DNA from: Candidatus Oxydemutatoraceae bacterium
Lineage (GTDB): Bacteria; Pseudomonadota; Gammaproteobacteria; Poriferisulfidales; Oxydemutatoraceae
NCBI GenBank assembly: GCA_965212025.1
Contig: OZ243039.1
Coordinates: forward strand, 1,018,983-1,082,982
Length of the DNA: 64,000 nucleotides
Reading direction: 5' to 3'
Shown: positions 59,809 through 64,000 of the stretch, one piece after another
Position numbering within the stretch: the first letter of the stretch is position 1
Layout: every line of letters begins with the position of its first letter
Notes under the pieces: model-generated
Seen by the model: only the letters and a program-made list of their open reading frames with translations
Told to the model about the DNA's origin: nothing
Databases searched by the model: none
Program-made: the position numbers and the translations under genes

Positions 59809-61491
59809 ATGAAAGCGTTTGACTACGTCATTGTTGGTGCCGGTTCGGCAGGCTGTGTTCTGGCGAACCGTCTGAGCGAAGACCCGGATGTGAGCGTGCT
59901 GCTTCTGGAGGCAGGAGGCAGTGACCGGAGCATTTTTATCCAGATGCCGACAGCCTTCTCGATACCAATGAATCAGGAACGCTACAACTGGCACTTCGAG
60001 ACGGAGCCGGAGCCGTATTGCAATGGCCGCCGGATGCACGTTCCGCGCGGCAGGGTCATTGGTGGCTCCTCCTCGATCAATGGCATGGTTTATGTGCGCG
60101 GTCATTCCTGCGATTTCGATGACTGGCAGGAGCGGGGCGCGAAGAACTGGGACTATCGTCATTGCCTGCCTTATTTTCGCCGTGCCGAAAAATGGATTGG
60201 TGGTGCAGACGAGTATCGTGGTGACCACGGGCCACTCGGTGTTTGCAATGGCAATGAGATGAAGCTCAGCCCGCTTTATCAGGCGTTCATCGACGCCGGT
60301 TCCGATGCGGGATATGGCACTACAGAAGACTACAACGGTTATCGCCAGGAAGGCTTTGGTCCCATGCATATGACCGTCAAGGACGGGGTGCGAGCCTCTA
60401 CTGCCAACGCCTATCTCAGGCCGGTCATGCGCCGACCCAATCTGAAGGTGGTCACAAAAACCCTGAGCACTCGCATTGTTCTGGATGGCAGGAAAGCGAC
60501 TGGTGTTGAATATATCCGTGGTGACGTGACGACCATCGTTCATGCAAGCCGGGAAGTTCTCCTCGCGGCCGGATCGGTTGGTTCGCCTTGTCTGCTCCAG
60601 CTTTCCGGCGTCGGTCCCAGACGGGTTCTTGAGCAAGCAGGTGTTGAAGTCAGGCACGATCTCCCGGGGGTTGGAGAGAACCTGCAAGACCACCTGGAAG
60701 TCTATTTTCAGTATCGTTGCAAGCAAGCAATCACGCTCAACGGTAAGTTGGGGTTGGTCAGCAAAGGATTGATCGGAGTGCGCTGGCTGCTTTTCAAGGA
60801 CGGGCTTGGGGCGACGAATCACTTTGAGTCCTGTGCCTTTATCCGTTCCCGGGCAGGGGTGAAATGGCCGGACATCCAATATCATTTCGTGCCTGCGGCA
60901 ATGCGCTACGACGGTCAGGCCAACTTTGATGGCCATGGCTTTCAAGTCCATGTCGGTCCGAACAAGACCAAGTCCCAGGGCAGGATTCAGATTAAGTCAG
61001 CTGACCCGTATGAGAAGCCAAGCATCCTCAATAACTACATGATGTCTGCAGAGGATCGGGCAGATTGGTGCAGGGTGATCAGGCTCACGCGGGAAATCAT
61101 CATGCAGCCATCGCTGGATTCTTACCGCGGTGACGAGATTCAGCCGGGTAAGGATGTTCAAACGGATGACGAGATCGTTGCGTGGGCTCGCGAAAATGTG
61201 GAAAGCGCCTACCACCCTTCGTGCACCTGCAAAATGGGCTCAAGTGATGACCGCATGGCAGTGCTTGATTCTGAGTGCCGGGTTCGCGGGATACAGAACC
61301 TGCGTGTCGTTGACTCGTCCATATTCCCGACCATCACAAACGGAAATCTCAACGCACCTACGATTATGGTCGCCGAAAAGGCGGCGGATCTGATTCGGGG
61401 ACGCGAGCCCTTGGCGCCATCGACTGCGCCGTCATGGATTGACCCGGAGTGGCGAACGCGGCAAAGGGAAGGCGAGCCCAAGCGGCAGTGA
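59809..61491 (+). CDS. betA: Choline dehydrogenase (GMC oxidoreductase)
   Basis: The ATG at 59809 gives [25 protein letters not shown], with [14 protein letters not shown]. The ORF track start at 59590 overlaps betB. Confidence 0.92.
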   Translation: MKAFDYVIVGAGSAGCVLANRLSEDPDVSVLLLEAGGSDRSIFIQMPTAFSIPMNQERYNWHFETEPEPYCNGRRMHVPRGRVIGGSSSINGMVYVRGHSCDFDDWQERGAKNWDYRHCLPYFRRAEKWIGGADEYRGDHGPLGVCNGNEMKLSPLYQAFIDAGSDAGYGTTEDYNGYRQEGFGPMHMTVKDGVRASTANAYLRPVMRRPNLKVVTKTLSTRIVLDGRKATGVEYIRGDVTTIVHASREVLLAAGSVGSPCLLQLSGVGPRRVLEQAGVEVRHDLPGVGENLQDHLEVYFQYRCKQAITLNGKLGLVSKGLIGVRWLLFKDGLGATNHFESCAFIRSRAGVKWPDIQYHFVPAAMRYDGQANFDGHGFQVHVGPNKTKSQGRIQIKSADPYEKPSILNNYMMSAEDRADWCRVIRLTREIIMQPSLDSYRGDEIQPGKDVQTDDEIVAWARENVESAYHPSCTCKMGSSDDRMAVLDSECRVRGIQNLRVVDSSIFPTITNGNLNAPTIMVAEKAADLIRGREPLAPSTAPSWIDPEWRTRQREGEPKRQ

Positions 61492-62081
61492 GAGCCAGTC
61501 GGGAGGTGGTCGAAAGCTAGCCGCTTACTCTTGGTGGCTTGCAGCCGACGATTCACCGCGAAAGATTTCGTCGTACTTTTTCTCAATGTCCTGCACTTCA
61601 GGCTCGGTTAACTGCCTGAACTCTTTGTCACGCGCACGCTTTGAAAGCTTGCCGTCATTTTGATTGAAAAAACGTATAAGCAGATCAACCAGCCTGTCCG
61701 GCATGTCGATACGGTCTTTAATGAAGCGACTCAGCAAATCATACTTTCTGAGGTAATGATTGACCCGGGGTGGCGAACGCGGCAAAGGGAAGGCGAGCCC
61801 AAGCGGTAGTGAGCGGTAGTCGGGAGGTGGTCGAAAGTAGCCGCTTACTCTTGGTGGCTTGCAGCCGACGATTCACCGCGAAAGATTTCGTCGTATTTTT
61901 TCTCAATGTCCTGCACTTCAGGCTCGGTTAACTGCCTGAACTCTTTGCCACGCGCACGCTTTGAAAGTTTGCCGTCATTTTGATCGAGAAAACGAATCAG
62001 CAGATCAACCAATCTGTCCGGCATGTCGATACGGTCTTTAATGAAGCGACTCAGCAAATCATACTTTCTGAGGTAATCCAC
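61441..62081. repeat. Tandem duplication, 2 x about 321 bp (61441-61761 and 61762-62081)
   Basis: The copies align end to end, with about 15 differences counted by eye (about 95 percent identity). Each copy holds the last ~50 nt of betA, the spacer, and the last ~86 codons of the Fic gene. Confidence 0.85.
61525..61785 (-). pseudogene. C-terminal Fic gene fragment (duplicate of the last 86 codons)
   Basis: YLRKYDLLSRFIKDRIDMPDRLVDLLIRF.NQNDGKLSKRARDKEFRQLTEPEVQDIEKKYDEIFRGESSAASHQE is nearly identical to the C-terminus of the 522-aa Fic protein. Confidence 0.7.
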
Positions 62082-63413
62082 TTCTTCAGGCAGAGTCTTG
62101 TTGACAGTCTCTGCGACACATTCGAAGAGAAACTCCGCTTGCCTTGTCGCGTCAAAATAGCGGTAAAGGTCAATGGTTTCGTTCAAGACCTCAATGTTGT
62201 TTTTTACGGTCGGTCGCCACTTTACCAGCTCAAGTCGCGGCTTTGAGTGGTGCTCAAGCGTTTGTCGATATTCATCGATTCGCTTCAAAATAACGGCGGA
62301 TATCGGAAAGGCAAGACCTTTGGGAACAAATCCTTTTTCAGCCAGCACATGATGAAAAAGGTAACGGTGAATTCGGCCATTCCCGTCTTCAAACGGGTGA
62401 ATAAAGACAAATCCAAAGGCGATTAACGCAGCCATGAGCACGGCGTCATAGTCGCTTTTGCCAAGAAGCTGGCAAGTTTCAATTAAACCGGAGAGGAGGC
62501 TTTCCAAGTCTTCTGGACGCGCGCTGATATGTGCGGGAAGCGGCAAGCCTGTTACACGGTTGTGGGAGCCGATAAAGCCACCTTCAACGCGACATCCAGG
62601 CATGATAAAGCGGCTATCGGTGATCACAATCGTTTGAAGATATGCAAGCTCTTCGACGCTTAACTTGCGCTGCCCTGCCCCACCGACAATTTTTGCCCAT
62701 CGTTCAATGCGGTTATGAGGAGGTCTTTCCCCCTCTATGACGTAGGATGCCCTTGAGTCTTCGAGCAGAAGAAATGCGGCAGCACGGCTTATCAAATCCG
62801 CATGGGTTTTGCCAATATTATCTACCGCTACCTGCGAAAGATTCATGGCAATAAATTGATCGAGCTTTTCGGTGCGCCTGATCAATGGACAGAATTCTCG
62901 CGTGCCCGGCAAGTTGTTGCAAACAAGGTGGCGGCTAGAGTTACGGGGCAACCCGGCGTACTGCAAAGAGTCATTGATGAGGGGAACAAACTTCAAACGT
63001 TTGGTATCTTTGAGGTCAAGCTTCTCCCCGCGGAGCCACTCGTATAAAAACCAGGTTCGTCTGCTGTAGGCTCCCGTAGGCTCTGACCGAACAATCTCGG
63101 TGATGTCCTGAGACCCAACAGCTTCAAACAGGGCTTTGAGAACGGCGAGGTCGATGCCTTCGTGCTTGAGCGCAAAGTAAAGGTGACCTTGTAGCGTATC
63201 TTCCGGTTTGTAACGGGGCGTGAATATGCGCCAGCGATCTTCGTCATACCTTTTGTGCTTTGTGCCTATGACACAAAGGTAGTCCGGTGCAGGTACGGAT
63301 AACTCATGGCCTGCGATCAGTGCAGCGTATCCGACAAGGTTAGTACCTTTCTCCAGTGCCGGAAAATCATAAAAAGCACTTATTAGTCTTGATTTCTGGC
63401 TGTATTTTGTCAT
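61845..63413 (-). CDS. Fic family protein (canonical AMPylation motif, N-terminal inhibitory-type motif)
   Basis: 522 aa. The Fic motif HPFEDGNGRIHR is present. A SYVIEG (S/TxxxEG/N-like) motif lies about 120 aa upstream of it. Confidence 0.9.
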   Translation of the reverse strand: MTKYSQKSRLISAFYDFPALEKGTNLVGYAALIAGHELSVPAPDYLCVIGTKHKRYDEDRWRIFTPRYKPEDTLQGHLYFALKHEGIDLAVLKALFEAVGSQDITEIVRSEPTGAYSRRTWFLYEWLRGEKLDLKDTKRLKFVPLINDSLQYAGLPRNSSRHLVCNNLPGTREFCPLIRRTEKLDQFIAMNLSQVAVDNIGKTHADLISRAAAFLLLEDSRASYVIEGERPPHNRIERWAKIVGGAGQRKLSVEELAYLQTIVITDSRFIMPGCRVEGGFIGSHNRVTGLPLPAHISARPEDLESLLSGLIETCQLLGKSDYDAVLMAALIAFGFVFIHPFEDGNGRIHRYLFHHVLAEKGFVPKGLAFPISAVILKRIDEYRQTLEHHSKPRLELVKWRPTVKNNIEVLNETIDLYRYFDATRQAEFLFECVAETVNKTLPEEVDYLRKYDLLSRFIKDRIDMPDRLVDLLIRFLDQNDGKLSKRARGKEFRQLTEPEVQDIEKKYDEIFRGESSAASHQE

Positions 63414-63433
63414 GTCTGTAATTCGTTAGTTTC

Positions 63434-63700
63434 GTGAAAAGCGATTGTAGCTCATGAAAAGCGATTGTAATTCAGTAGTTCCGCGCAAAACGATTGTTGT
63501 TCATAAAAAGCAATTATGAATCGAAAATTCTTTGCAAAACGATTGCTTCCCATGAAGAAAGATTGTAGATTCGTAGTTCTGTGTAAAGCAATTATGAATC
63601 GGTAATTCTGCGCAAAACGATTGCTACCCATGAAAAATGATTTTAATTGTTGCATTCTGTGAAGAGTGTTCGCTGCTCATGAAGGGCAGTTATGGGCGTA
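63434..63700. repeat. Degenerate direct-repeat array upstream of the Fic gene
   Basis: GCAATTATGAATCG occurs at 63510 and 63588, and GCAAAACGATTGCT at 63534 and 63612 (78-nt period). Further 19-29-nt subrepeats with an AAARCGATTG core lie on both sides. Confidence 0.7.
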
Positions 63701-64000
63701 TAGGCGGCCAGAAAGCAGCCGTTAGGCAATAGAGTCAACTTGGTCGGCCAAGGGTACCTCTCGGTTCAAAGCGCAGCCTTTTCGCGCTTCAAACTGAACC
63801 CGGTGCTTCGTCTCAAGTTTGGCGGCGGTCGGTGCTGCCTTGCCGTTGGTGCTTGTATTTAAGGTGTGACCAAGTCCATGCCCCCCCGAAGCTCGTCTCA
63901 GCTTTTCCAAAGCGATGCATAAATTTCAGATTTCTTAGCCGTCACGACCGATGGGTACTCCTGGTCCGTTTTGTTCGTTGGGGATGGACGATCCTTTTCT

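Noticed and set aside
59784-59811. 9-nt tandem repeat GTGGCAAGC (about 2.5 copies) between betB and betA
   Set aside because: It is too short, and it lies in a 34-nt intergenic spacer just before the betA ATG. It is most likely a trivial slippage product.
59728-60951. 407-codon minus-strand ORF
   Set aside because: It is antisense to betA (a clear GMC oxidoreductase). This is a GC-rich shadow ORF.
63434-63700. CRISPR array
   Set aside because: The repeats are degenerate and of variable length (19-29 nt). They abut each other without unique spacers, and no cas genes are present in the window.
63898-64000. Partial minus-strand ORF at the window edge (...EKDRPSPTNKTDQEYPSVVTAKKSEIYASLWKS-stop), plus the overlapping 62-codon ORF at 63722-63910
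   Set aside because: Only 34 codons are visible and there is no recognisable motif. The 62-codon ORF has an odd composition. Neither can be supported without sequence beyond 64000.

Overview
This is a 64-kb chromosomal window with gammaproteobacterial-type core synteny. The core genes, in order, are: atpA(partial)-atpG-atpD-atpC; glmS-glmU; an epimerase-trmJ-hemE-gltD-rpsU block; a UvrD/Rep-family helicase; a TRAP transporter; thrB and polA; an ABC exporter; rlmE-ftsH-glmM-tpiA-secG-tRNA-Leu(GAG); a cation antiporter; proX/proWV plus betBA; and a Fic gene. Three accessory regions stand out. (1) An AT-rich island of about 15 kb (about 3.2-18.5 kb) lies between the convergent 3' ends of atpC and glmS. 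It holds a mosaic, partly decayed type I R-M locus in which hsdM and hsdS are each frameshifted and hsdR is intact. Three tandem modules of [hsdS 3' remnant + DUF2513-like winged-helix gene, two with coiled-coil tails] sit in the hsdS-hsdR slot. A DUF45 metallohydrolase and a T5orf172 gene lie downstream of hsdR. The island also carries recombination scars (hsdM, hsdR and DUF45 fragments) and a 581-aa protein with a sigma-region-4-like HTH. (2) An AAA+ ATPase + S8 subtilase gene pair (38.3-41.9 kb) sits between thrB and polA. It has the architecture of the IetAS anti-phage system and is my best candidate for a discrete, mechanistically obscure system in this window. (3) A Fic locus carries a diverged 321-bp tandem duplication and an upstream degenerate repeat array. 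There is also a 1163-aa secreted GLUG-repeat protein. I recognised no CRISPR array, rRNA, transposase or integrase. All calls come from reading the translations and the DNA by eye; no searches were run.
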